Assembly (NCBI RefSeq): GCF_001194135.2
Contig: NC_068990.1
Location: 54,452,588 to 54,505,833 of the forward strand
Direction of reading: 5' to 3'
Source: Octopus bimaculoides
Lineage: Eukaryota
DNA length: 53,246 bases
A program made the translations under genes and the position numbers. A model generated the notes under the pieces. The model did no database searches. It had not been told where the DNA came from and was given only the letters and a program-made list of their open reading frames with translations. Below are positions 22,870-34,590 of the stretch, piece after piece (positions within the stretch are counted from its first letter, which is position 1; every line of letters starts with the position of its first letter).

Positions 22870-23087
22870 TGATGGTTTCAAATTTTGACTCAGGGCCATC
22901 ATTTTCTGAGGAGTGGGGTCTGTCAACTACATTGGTTCCAGTGTTCATCTGGGACTTATTTTTTCAACCTGAAAGGATGAAAGGCAAAGTTGACCTCAGC
23001 AGAATACGAATTCAGAATGAAAAGACAGACATGCTGCTTAGCATTTTGTACAAAGTGCTAACAATTCTGCTAGCTCACTGTCATTAG

Positions 23088-23088
<1 letters not shown>
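22870..23088 (-). mobile_element. tRNA-derived SINE family A between two (AAT)n runs
   Basis: 'ggtttcaaattttg...gaaaggatgaaaggcaaagttgacctc...aattctgctagctcactg'. Confidence 0.82.
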
Positions 23089-23140
<52 letters not shown>

Positions 23141-23413
23141 TTGTTTTCTCCAACATCTTTAAACAACTCTTATTCAAGAACCTTTTGAGTGGGATGGGAT
23201 ACTCAACCTGAAGAAAATTATAACTGGGCCCAACCTGCAAGGTCATGAGCTGTTTGTCTTGATGTGAGATCACCATACTGTGCACATATGGCTGTGATAC
23301 ATGTGCCTGGTGTACCCAGTTTAGACAGGTAGTCATGATGGGTATACTGGCTTCATATACTTTACCCCAGTGTCACTTTGCTCTCCCACTCAATAATAAT
23401 AATAATAATAATG

Positions 23414-23489
<76 letters not shown>

Positions 23490-23822
23490 TAATAATAATA
23501 ATAATAGCGATGCAGCACTAGGTAGTGGTTCTCATGGCTTCTGATTTTAACTTATTGGAAGGGTTAGCACTTATATGTTTTGACTTGGTATAAAGGATGG
23601 GCTACAGCAAATATTCTGCTCAATATCACAGATTTACTTGTCAGTTGCTTGACCTTAACCACTTGAGCATGTCCCTTAGTAACCAATAACATGTGCATCT
23701 CTGAGCATGTGCAGGAGTAGTGGGGGAGCATACTAGCCATGTATTGAGAGGAATTTGTTGGGGTTTAAATAATTCACCACTGGAAACATGGGTATTTTGT
23801 TTATCATCCTTAAACAAACCAT
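23141..23822. mobile_element. Repeat family B as two halves in swapped order, separated by (AAT)n (23392-23505)
   Basis: 23141-23391 matches 38295-38554, and 23507-23822 matches 38001-38325. Confidence 0.82.
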
Positions 23823-24450
23823 TCAAACAATCATATGATCTTACAATAAGATAAACATATTGGATAATGTAATCCTAGATACATTAGACCTGAAAATAAA
23901 ATGAGATGGTCACGGTTGGAATGCTTTGATAATAGATCTGTTCAAAGAAGGTTGATTGAGGATTAAACAATAGCCAGTCCTAACAACATAGACCAATGTA
24001 ATTATGTTATTTTACATCTATTAATTCATGATTTAATAATGTTTCCAAATTGTTTTATTTTGCACTTTTTGTAAAATCTTTTTGCTTTTGGAGATGTACT
24101 TATATAGCAAGAGTTTTGATTTGAGGTTTTCTGCTGAAACTAAAGCGATTATAGTGTGGAAGACATAAGTTGGCCATTCAGAAACACGGAGATAGTCAAC
24201 TTCAATGAAACATTTATTTTTGATATGATAACAAAATTTTCATCACTCAAAACTGCAACCTGTCCACTGGCAAAAAATTGTGCTGTTTTGAGCAACAAAA
24301 ATTTTCATATATTACAAATAAATATTTAAGTGAAGTTGATGGTTGTTGTGTGTTTCTGAATGGCTAACTGATGTTGTTTTTTTCTTAAACTAATTTATGT
24401 TTGTTCTTGATTTTTTCTTAAACTAATTTATGTTTGTTCTTGATTTTCAG

Positions 24451-24495
24451 CCAGTGCCATCTACTGGTGGACAAATTGGTTCTTTTTTGGTTGCT
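24451..24495 (+). CDS. P4HA-like: P4HA-like gene 1 exon (PVPSTGGQIGSFLVA)
   Basis: ttttcag acceptor and gtaagt donor. 45 nt, phase 0 to 0. Aligns to 'GTGNRIATWLFY'. Confidence 0.82.
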
Positions 24496-24512
24496 GTAAG
24501 TATCTGAAAATA

Positions 24513-24728
24513 CTGATTTCAAATTTTGATACAAAGCCAGCAAGTTTAGGGTAAGGGTTAAGTTGATTACATTGGCCCCAGTGTTTCGCTGGCCCTTATT
24601 TTATTGATCCTGAAAGGATGAAAGGTAAAGTCTACCTCAGTAGAATCTGAACTCAGAATGTGAAGATGGACAAAATGCTGCTAAGCCTTTTGCCCCATGC
24701 ATTAACAATTCTGCTAGCTTGCTACCTT
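24513..24728 (-). mobile_element. tRNA-derived SINE family A with perfect 14-bp TSD
   Basis: TSD agtatctgaaaata at 24499-24512 and 24729-24742. Confidence 0.9.
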
Positions 24729-24829
24729 AGTATCTGAAAATATTAACTATTGTGTTGGACTTTCTAAGACTATCATATGTTTTCTTTTGTAGATAATCTC
24801 TAATTCTTTATAGAAATATCTAATATTAT

Positions 24830-24990
24830 TTCAAAGCTTGGTGGTTACCTTGCTTGAAAACGGGTGAGAGTTGGCAACAAGAAGGACACCCAGCCATAAC
24901 AGAACTGATTCAACAAAATTTATCTGACCTATGCAAGCATGGAAAAGTGGGAGTTAAAATAATGATGTGATGATGATGATGATGATGCTT
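24830..24990 (+). mobile_element. RTE-type 3' end with (GAT)n tail
   Basis: 'gttggcaacaagaaggacacccagcc...gcaagcatggaaaagtgggagttaaaa' followed by gatgatgat. Confidence 0.6.
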
Positions 24991-25232
24991 AAATTACTCA
25001 TTATAATCACTAATTTGGGATGGAAAGAAAGCCAAGAGGTTTAAACTTTCTTTTAAATTGATGTTTACAATGTGTAATAACATTTTACATTGATAATGTT
25101 AGTAGAAGATTCATTCATATAAACAGGTGGTAGAGAAGTTACCTCCCCCATGTATTGTATCAGCTTTTTTAAAGTTGTCAGAATATTTAATGGAAACCTT
25201 TAAATATATTTGTTATTTTATATATTTTCTAG

Positions 25233-25301
25233 TTGAATGACGTCTTGGAAGGAGCTGAAATTGTCTTCCCATTTGCCAATATTACAACTACTGTAAAAAA
25301 G
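25233..25301 (+). CDS. P4HA-like: P4HA-like gene 1 exon (LNDVLEGAEIVFPFANITTTVKK)
   Basis: ttctag acceptor and gtaagc donor. 69 nt, the same length as the paralogous exon at 52829-52897. Aligns to 'MSDVSAGGATVFPEVGASVWPKK'. Confidence 0.92.
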
Positions 25302-25919
25302 GTAAGCAATTAGCAAATTTACTCTCTCTCTCTCTCTCTCTCTCCCCTCTTCTCTCTCTCTTTCTCTTCATCTCTCCCTGTCTCTCTCACTTCATCTTCC
25401 TTTTCTCTTATCAATGGGTGCTGATGACTTATAAATATAATGCAGGAAGGTCATGGCTGGAATGTCTTTGATCACAGGTCTGCATAAGTCTAAATAGTAA
25501 GACCACCATCATCACAACTACAGAAAAGACCCCAGTTTGTCCCTCCTGTTGATATAGAAAGATTACAGATACATAGCTCACAAGGTGAGAGAGTCCCTAT
25601 AATGGATGAAAGAGATGTAAGAGAATGGTAATGGAGAGAGTAACAGAGAGAACAGTGCTGGGAGTGAAAGTGATAGAGGGGAGAAGGGAAGAATAAAAAA
25701 TATATTTAGAAGGTCAATATATTCAGCTTTTAAGTTGAAAAAAAATATCCATAGAGTGTGCAGGTTTGAAAAAAACATTTTGTTTGCAAAATTCTGTCGT
25801 ACTCTCCATGCAACACAAGCTCTCTAGTGAGAATAAGACTTAATGCAGGATATCTATAAAGATATCCTGCATTAAGCATCATCATCAACGTCATAATTGT
25901 TTTAAGGTTCACTTTCCCT

Positions 25920-26130
25920 TGCTTCATTTGATCAGTGGGAGTTTATTGAAGAAGATTTTCATTCACTGGATGCCCTTCCTGACCCTTACTTTCACTTATT
26001 TCCCAGCAAGGTAATATTTCCCCATGGCCAGACATGTTTCCACAGAATACTGGAAATGAATGACACTGCTTGTATGACAGTGACACTCATTTACAACTAT
26101 CATGTGATGTCAAGACAAAGTGCTACAAAG
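25920..26130 (-). mobile_element. RTE-type 3' UTR fragment
   Basis: 'ctggatgcccttcctg...gcaaggtaatatttcccc...gacagtgacactcatttacaactatcatgtgatgtcaagacaa'. Confidence 0.5.
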
Positions 26131-26249
26131 CTTGGGTGCATTACAATTCATTATTTTATATTGTTTTAACATTTTATTTAAAAATTTGATAATGTTAATT
26201 TTAATGGAAACAAGGATCAAAAGCATTATCTTTTTTTTTCTTTGAACAG

Positions 26250-26322
26250 GGATCTGCCCTCTTCTGGTATGCTATTCATCTATACCCAGCAGTCTGCCCT
26301 CTATCCCATGGTTCATTGTGGC
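26250..26322 (+). CDS. P4HA-like: P4HA-like gene 1 exon (GSALFWYAIHLYPAVCPLSHGSLW/L)
   Basis: ttgaacag acceptor and gtaagt donor. 73 nt, phase 0 to 1. Aligns to 'GTAVFWYNL...HAACPVLVGNKW' and is 24 nt shorter than the paralogous exon. Confidence 0.9.
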
Positions 26323-26404
26323 GTAAGTTGACTCTCAGTATATTCTTCATTGATTTCATTGATTGACTGTTAAGTCATAACTATTGGAGGAGTATCAGTC
26401 TCTT

Positions 26405-26538
26405 GTTATGTGTATATGTATGCATGAATTCAAGTATATGTGTATGTATGTATATGTGTGTGTGTGTATGTATGTATATACATATATATATGTATATGTG
26501 TGCGTGTGTATACACACATACACACACTTGCATATATA

Positions 26539-26577
<39 letters not shown>

Positions 26578-26596
26578 ATGTGTGTGTGTGTGTATA

Positions 26597-26647
<51 letters not shown>
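26405..26647. repeat. (TG)n/(TA)n compound microsatellite
   Basis: Direct reading. Confidence 0.95.
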
Positions 26648-26648
<1 letters not shown>

Positions 26649-28275
26649 ACTGCAGTGTCTGCAGAGGTAAATGGTAATTATCAGTTAACTGTAAAATACA
26701 AGCAATTAAAAATAGAAATGATTTGCTTTGAGCTTTGACATCTGATAGACTGTTATCTCTATTCAATGGAGACAAGAAGCGTTCTGTTTCCTACCACAAT
26801 GAGGAAAAATTCTCTACTTTTACTGCATGATCATTCAAGTGAATTCTTTGACCCATTTTAACAGAATTATTACGTTTGTTAATAGCATAGCACTATATGA
26901 GGCTTCATATATATGTTAAAGGTTATTCCCGATTGTTATACAATCCCTGAAAATTTGATAATGAAATCTATTTATAAGGGTTTTTTTTTGTTTTTATAAT
27001 AGATATTATTGTTAATGAAATGTGTGTAAGATAATGTAATTAAATTATTTGTGAATAGTCTCTCTAGTTTTGCTTTTTTCTATATGTAATCTATGATATT
27101 GCTATGGAGAGTAGTGATTAGAAACTTGACTATAGTTCACAAGATCTCTTTTTAGTTTTCTCTTTTGATATATATATATATAAGGATGTACTGGTTTTAT
27201 CTATAATGCATTAAAAGTCAGCTTGAATCTTGGTTGGTTGGCTAGTTGCTTGCTTGCAATGTTACCCAGCCAAACTAGCACATAATAGAGAAATACTATG
27301 AATTGAGTTTCCCCTGAAATGTAAATACAAATGGAATAAAATAAATTTCATATAAATCGGACAAGTGGTTGTGGACATATTAAGAGTTTTCAGGGTATAA
27401 ATACCCAAAACGGTGCATAATGGGAAAATTCTCCGAAATTAACTTAATCCTGAAAGGGAAGAAACTCTTACCTTTCGATTAGTCACAGTGACTTGATAAC
27501 AAAAAAAATACGATTTGTTTTTTAACAGTAAATGTATTTTAATCATTTAGAAATATTTTTAAGTGAATGTGATTTCAAAAATGTAAGTTGTTTGTACAGT
27601 AAGTATTTATATTTTAGCTTTCTTTAAACAGACAGTATCTTAATGTTTTTAAATTATTTTCAAGTGAATACCATTACAAAAATTCTTTTTGGCATATTTA
27701 AAAAATATTCTAAAATGAAAATGATGGTAAATATTTCGTAAAAGACCTGTTCATAACCTCAGTGTGAAATAATTTCTTTCCATAGGTTTTTTGCAAGTGC
27801 ATTCACCGTATTTCACCTGCAAAGATTTGGCTGCTATTTCTAGCAAGCCCTGCTACCACATAACAGTTATTTGTGATAAAGGACCTGAAATACCTGTTAC
27901 GTTGTAGCAGAGCATGCAACAAATAGCAGCCAATTCTTTGCTTTTCTGGGGAAAGGAGCTGTTTACACGTGATTTCGATGTCACATTCATTGAAAGCATA
28001 TGAAATAACCTGGAAAAGAAAAAAAAAAAACCCATGAAACAAAACTCCATTGCTGGGAAACTCAGGTTTTCCCAGTGACCCAACAGGTCATGGGTAGTCT
28101 AGTGTCATATAATTTTAATTAAAATTATACTATACTGTTATATGTGTCTGTGATTTTGTATATACATACATACATACATGCATACATATATGTATGTGTA
28201 TAAAGTCATATTATTACCGTTATATACAGTAATATTAAGGTGGCTAGCAAGTTCAGACCTTTACAGGCACAATAT

Positions 28276-28682
28276 ATAGTAATTTAAGAAAAGTAGGGTA
28301 TAAAATCAAAGCCAAAGCTCAAAAAAAAAAAAAAAACCACCATAAAAATTACGATAAAGATACACATGAGCAATGCATTTAACATCTATTTCTAAAATAT
28401 TCACTACATTAGCTCGTGAGCATCTCTAACTTTAGAAATAGATGTTAAATGCTATTTTCAACTGAAGATCACAAAGCATGTTTATCATGCAAAGCGCGAA
28501 ATCAATTGGTATTGAAATATGTATTACTTATCTTTGTATTCCATTCAGAGGTAAGCCTATTTCTGAACTGGTCATTGCATTGCTCATGTGTATCTTTATC
28601 ATAATTTTTATGGTGGTTTTTTAGAGCTATGACTTTGATCTTAGCAAGTGGTATTTATACCCTACTTTTCTTAAATTACTAT
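28276..28682. mobile_element. Non-coding element with about 100-bp terminal inverted arms, an internal perfect 22-bp hairpin and a hammerhead
   Basis: Arms 28276-28377 and 28576-28682. Hairpin 28375-28396 pairs with 28431-28452. Confidence 0.82.
28456..28517 (+). ncRNA. Type I hammerhead ribozyme fold with intact core
   Basis: TTTCAA-CTGAAGA-TCAC.AAA.GCATG(TTTAT)CATGC.AAA.GCGC-GAAATCAATTGGT-A-TTGAAA. Confidence 0.8.
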
Positions 28683-28943
28683 GAATGTATATATATATAT
28701 ATATATATATTTATACTGACCATTTAAAAGTGGATGTTGCATTAGAACACACAAATACTGCAATATTTACCAAGAGAGAAAACTCTCATATGGTTATTCG
28801 GTGTATAAAAGCATATCATAGCTATCATCTGCAGCAGACAATCACTACTGCTTCGACTGCCAGGACCTCCAGATCACATGATTTCAGCCTCTTTTTATGT
28901 ATATGTATGTTGTCTGTATATATATGTGTGTGTGTGTGTGTAT

Positions 28944-29317
28944 GGAGGCACAATGGCCCAGTGGTTAGGGCAGCAGACTCACGGTCATGGGATCATGGTT
29001 TCGATTCCCAGATCAGGCGTTGTGAGTGTTTATTGAGAGAAAACACCTAAAGCTCCATGAGGCTCCAGCAGGGGTAGTGGCGAACCCTGCTGTACTCTTT
29101 CACCACAACTTTCTCTTATGCTGTCTTCCTCTTCCTGTTTCTGCTATACCCGTATTTCAAAGGGGCACACTGTGACACGCTGAATCTCCCTGAAAACTAT
29201 GCTAAGGGTACACGTGTCTGTGGAGTGCTCAGCCACTTACACATTAATTTCACAAGCAGGCTGTTCCATTGACTGGATCAACTGGAACCCTCATCATCAT
29301 AACTGACGGAGTGCCAC
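28944..29317 (+). mobile_element. tRNA-derived SINE family D
   Basis: A-box TGGCCCAGTGG (28954) and B-box GGTTTCGATTCC (28997); non-tRNA body shared with 50148. Confidence 0.85.
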
Positions 29318-29883
29318 GACAATGTTGTATATATATATATGTATGTATAAGTTTATATTTGTATGTGTTTATATGTTTATATGTATATTTCTGTTTGGCT
29401 TAATATGCAGGATTATTGAATCACATCCTGTTAATATTGTTTTGTGCCCAAAGCAAAAACACTAAACAATTGCCAGATTAGTTTAACTGTATATAGGTAC
29501 CATGCAGAGGTGAGATTTAATTTCATAACCAGTGGAAGCACTAAATAATTGATATGATGGCCATCAAATATTAATGCTCACTGACTTTCTTCATCTGGAT
29601 ATGCCATAAAACATGATTATCACACTAAGAATGAACTAAACAGAACAGAAGGAGACACATGGGCTAGAGAGTTGCTGAAGAGGTCACAGGACATGTGATG
29701 AAAAATTTCCAGACAAAGGATATAAAATAAGAATAATAATAAACAAGTGAAGATTGAATATATAATGCTTGTGTTTATTTGTCAAGAAGAAAAAATGACC
29801 GTCGTGAAATATAACAATAAACTAAGAATGTTTATAAATATTGTTGAGAAATGAACAAAAACTCTATTTTCTTTAAATTACAG

Positions 29884-30029
29884 TTGCCTCTATTGGGTAC
29901 TATGAAGGCAAAGCTGATTACTGTCGAATGACAGAGAGAAGAGCGTGGGACTTGCGATGGCGACCACAAAAGAAACAGAAACCACAAGTAACTATGAATA
30001 ATACTGTTAATGAAAATAAAAAAGTTTAA
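29884..30029 (+). CDS. P4HA-like: P4HA-like gene 1 probable terminal coding exon (L/ASIGYYEGKADYCRMTERRAWDLRWRPQKKQKPQVTMNNTVNENKKV*)
   Basis: ttacag acceptor, phase 1 as required. 48-codon open frame that is richer in GC than its flanks. Weak match to 'VSNKWLHERGQEFRRPC'. AATAAA at 30015 and 30344. Confidence 0.65.
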
Positions 30030-30389
30030 TAATCTCTACAGTTAATTCCTTTGTTTTTGTTTTTCTCTTTTTGTCATCTGTTCTCATTATAAATTTCTTT
30101 AAAGCAATTCTTGGTGCATCTATGTGCTGGAAATATAAAAAAAAAATCAGAAGACTGCATTCACAGCCTGTAAACAATACAAAGTTACATTCACATATTT
30201 GACTGTTTGGGTTGTTTAACTGATTACTGACAGCTCACCAATTCATTGACTGAAAATCAGCAGCAGTAATTTAGTGTCAGTGAGAGTCAATGCCTATTTT
30301 CTTAGATGAAAAGGTTTGCTAACATAAAAATTGCTTTGTTTTGAATAAAAAGTAGCATTTAGCAACATGGCTTAACACAATTATCATAA

Positions 30390-30790
30390 TATTTCTGTTG
30401 AAATACACTGCTTTGTTTTTTAATTAATGTTGAAAATATTGAAGAATTTAGTAAACTAACTTTGTTATTAATAAACTGGTTTGGGGGACATAAATTAACA
30501 CAGAATATCGATGGAATGTTTTAATTTAGATCACTTTAATCCTTTTGCTACTATATTTCTGCTTTCCCCTGCTTTTACCAAAGTTGAAATATACTGCTTT
30601 TGTCGTAATTAATTTTGCAGATAATTAAGAATTTAGTAAAATAATTTTATCATTATTAAGTTAGTATTTGTAACATAAACAAGCATGAAGTTTTTATGGA
30701 AGGTTTTAATTTAGGTCGCTTTGAAACAAGAAGTTTGTATCATAGAATGACAAGCAGTTTCAGGTGGGGTGGTATCAAGAAGATTAAACC
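30390..30790. repeat. Two adjacent diverged copies of an AT-rich dispersed repeat
   Basis: 'gttgaaatacactgctttg...gaagaatttagtaaa...ttttaatttag' occurs at about 30395-30540 and 30580-30725. Confidence 0.6.
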
Positions 30791-30940
30791 ATTTGTGCTC
30801 TCAAATGAATATTCTGAACTACTACCATTATAAAAGTCATGATTGCACAAGAAATTGACTAACTCAGACAATGGACTTCTCTTGTATAAAAATAGTTATT
30901 TCAAATTTTGAAACGAGGCCAGCAATTGAAGTTGTGGCAT

Positions 30941-33401
30941 AATATATAAGGAAGATGTGTATGTGTGTGTGTATGTAACAGGCTATTTAATTGAATCCCA
31001 TTAAAATCAATATTTTTCATCGGATTTCGTTCACGCTTAGCACATACATCACTTATGTTCTAGAGATGGTACTACACTCTTCACATTTTTCCTTATGGAG
31101 TAATATGGAGTAATGGGGCTTCTGGATTAAGAAAAAGCTCCATTCCTGTGATTTGTATCTATTCTAAACAAGGCAGATGACTCTGCGAAGTAACATTCAA
31201 AAGTTTATTGTCTCCCTTAAACACCTTCTCATAGTATGTAAATAAACAATATGGATGATCATTGCTTTAAAGGAACATAATGAGTAACGCCATCCCTACC
31301 AGATAGGATGAAAGCATCTTTTCATAGGAGGTAAAGCGTTGACACTCCCACTACCCCTGCCATTTACAACAGAGGGCTTCTTCTCTTGGAAATGAAGATG
31401 CCTGTTCCAATCGCCTCATTCAGAGAGAAATATCCTACAACATCCACAAATGCAAACAGTACATTGCTGACAATGAGCCCCTTCTGAATTCCAATCAAGC
31501 TGATGTATACAATTTCATCTTCAGAAACATCTACACACACACATTGGTGGAATCATCTTCTTAGACCCACCCAGTGGAACTGGAAAAACATTCCTCCTGA
31601 ATCATCTTCTTGTGAAGTTATGGCATAATGGTGACCTTGCTATAACTGTTGCCTCATCAGGAATAGCTTCGATTCTTCTCAGCGGTGGAGGAACAGCACA
31701 CTCTACCTTCAAATTTCCTTTCAATGTAACACATCAAAAAACCCAACATGCCACATAATGCTTTCCTTGGAAGTGATAATTTTGAAAAAGTGCAAACTCA
31801 TTGTTTGGGATGAAGCTACTATGTCCCATAAATGTTCCCTACAAGCACTTGACATCACAATGAGAGGCCTTAGATCAAACAACATCCTTGGAGGTGCGAC
31901 AAACTCTGCCTATTATACCCAAAGGAACACCCACTCATGAACTTAATACCTACCTTAAAAAGTCCCTCCTTTGGTTGCATGTCCAATTGAAACAAATCAC
32001 CATCTACATGAGATCACCCCTACAGACTGGTCAGCCTACAACCCAGTTTTTGGAAATGTTCCTTAAAATTGGCAATAGACAAATTACATCCGACAACAAG
32101 GGATACATTGACACTACCACTATTGGCCACACTGTCTCCAGCCCTGACGACTTATGTTCTACTGTTTACCCAGATCTTACAACGGAATACATAAAACCAG
32201 AATGGCTACATGACAGGGCTGTTCTTGCACCTACAAATGCAGCTGTCAACACTCTTAACTACAACTTATTTAGTAAGCTACCTTCTCAAGAATGTTGTTG
32301 ACATCGTTACCAACCTCTATCAGGTTACACACTTTCCAACACAATTTCTCAACTCCCAAGATCCTCCAGGACTCCCTCCCTATGAACTTCACTTAAAATC
32401 AGTTGCCTTGTCATCCTCCTATGCAATCTAAATGCACCAACTCTCAGCAATGGAACTTGCCTCATATAAACAAATGATGGACCACATCATTGAATCTCAA
32501 ATTATCACGGGACAAGGCAAAAATGATATCATTTTCATTCTGAAAATTCTGCTAACCCCAACAGACTGCTCCTACTCTATACAGAGACTTCAGTTCCCTC
32601 TCAAACTCAGCTTCACCATGACAATTAACAAAACACAAGGTCATTCACTGAAAGTTGTCAGATTGGACCTTTGAACATCGTGCTTTTCACATGACAATTC
32701 TAAATCAGTTGTTCTAGAGTTGGCCATCCAGACAACTTATTCATCTATACTCCTGAAAGTAAAATCAAAAATGTAATCTACAAAACAGCCCTACAGTAGT
32801 TATTCCTCTACTGCATTCTTCACATCTACGCCAAATTGTAGCCGTTAGCAATCAGACTTCCTACAAGCATTTCATTGATTTTTGCTTCATTTTCCCTGAT
32901 TGTTGTTAACAGAACATTACCTTCAATTACCCTTCTTACTTCGCACACACTGTTCACTCATAAGTATGCTCTGACATTTATTTTTGTACATGCCATTATT
33001 CTATTTGTGTGTTTGCTATAAATGTTTACTTTTCTTTATCATACATGACTTTCATTGAAAAAAAGCTTCAATGCAGTTGTATCAGGCATTACAAGAAAAA
33101 TAAGCACATGATACAAAACACTTCAGGTAAGATACAGGATCCTTAATGCCTACTGTAATTGTGATCTCATTTCATGGACTTTCATTTATTACTAACTAAC
33201 AAATCTGTGTTCAAAAAATTTTATTCATTACCTAAGTTGCTTAATACCATATCATAAACTGCTAACGAAAATGGTAATTATGTATTTTATGTTTATCAAC
33301 TTGAAATGACTTCTAACTGTTGGCTAATTCAACTTCAACTGTCCACAGGAGTGCACCATTATAATAAATTGCACCGTCCAGAGGATGGATGCATTTGCTA
33401 G
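30941..33401 (+). mobile_element. Internally deleted Helitron with decayed PIF1-like helicase
   Basis: 'LDPPSGTGKTF', 'VASSGIA..LSGG.TAHSTFK', 'LIVWDEATM', 'RLQFPLKLSFTMTINKTQG'. 3' hairpin GCACCGTCC-AGA-GGATGGATGC, then CTAG (33398-33401). Confidence 0.9.
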
Positions 33402-33417
33402 CATATATATATATATA

Positions 33418-33495
<78 letters not shown>

Positions 33496-33498
33496 CAC
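33402..33498. repeat. (TA)n microsatellite
   Basis: Direct reading. Confidence 0.95.
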
Positions 33499-34554
33499 CT
33501 GTCTAGGCTGTTTGTAGTTCAACAGACAAGAAATTATTACCCTACTTGGAAACCAGAGGGACTTGGTGACAGGAAGGGAATCTCTCATCTAACATTAAAA
33601 TGATAATAATAATCATGACCATGATGACAAAAGAGCAGATTCACATTTATGCTTCTCTACAAACTGGTACTTTCATTTCAGCACCATCTCCAGGACCCTG
33701 AGTTATCCACAGATTAACCTGCAAGCAGATGTATTACCAGTGGAGTGCTTTTATTATTGTTAATAATAACAGCTCTCTAATCATCAGTAAATATTAATTT
33801 TCTGCAGCTAAATATCTCAGTTATCAGTCACATATACAACAGGTATCCAATTCATCTTTTATCTTGACCTTATAGCAACCTACAGCTATCTACAGCTTGA
33901 TTTGAGTTACATGTTTTGATTTTTCTACCTGAACTAAACTAATATGTTACCTGAATACAGAACATGCATGGATGCACAACTTACCACCACAAGTTGACCT
34001 TTAGTATTATGTATTAGGGATCTTGAAAGATAGTTAGCATTTAGAGAGTAATTGTTGGAGCAATCAATAAAATAACATGTAGGAGAAGAGACTGTGCTAT
34101 AGTTGTTGAAAAGATGTTTTGGAGATGAAATTATAAAGTGAATTTGAAAATTTTTGCTTGTAACTTGTAAACTGAAAAGTGGATTATACCATAATATATT
34201 TCATGTTATTTTTATGTTTTGAAACATTAATACAGGCTGTGTATTAGATTTCATTTGAAAAATCACTTGAATAATGAGAAACAATAATATATGTAGCCTT
34301 GCCTAAGAAATAATACAAGGGACTATATTTCATAGAATATTGAGGGTGGATTAGAATTCTTAGGTTTACTGATAGGGCAAGGTTAGATGTCCCTGAGGTA
34401 CTCTGCAAACCAGTTGGACAGTCAGAGATCTGTTTGCCTGGTGTAGATAAAATTGCATAAGGAATATTGGAGTACACATGTATGTATGCAAATACATGCA
34501 CGAATGTATATATATGCATTCACACACACACTCACACATACCTACTTACATTCA

Positions 34555-34590
<36 letters not shown>

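Noticed and set aside
23090-23510. Repeat-spacer-like alternation of (AAT)n and unique-looking blocks
   Set aside because: This is not CRISPR. The DNA is eukaryotic, the repeats are microsatellites, the spacers are retroelements, and there are no cas genes.
27390-27430. GGGTA(TAAA)TACCC-AAAACGG hairpin resembling hammerhead stem II plus GAAAC
   Set aside because: No CUGANGA upstream and no stem I.
27786-27906. Alternative terminal exon for gene 1 (RFLQVHSPYF...SSKPC...)
   Set aside because: It overlaps the dispersed repeat motif 'agatttggctgctatttctagca', also seen near 9705 and 10965. The exon at 29884 fits better.
28944-29020. tRNA-like A and B boxes (also at 50148 and 52192)
   Set aside because: No complete cloverleaf, and they continue into shared repeat bodies, so they are SINE heads rather than tRNA genes.
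34388-34420. TGTCC-CTGAGGT...CAAACCAGT-T-GGACA hammerhead-like spacing
   Set aside because: A9 and G12 are wrong and no stem II can form. It is too degenerate to support.
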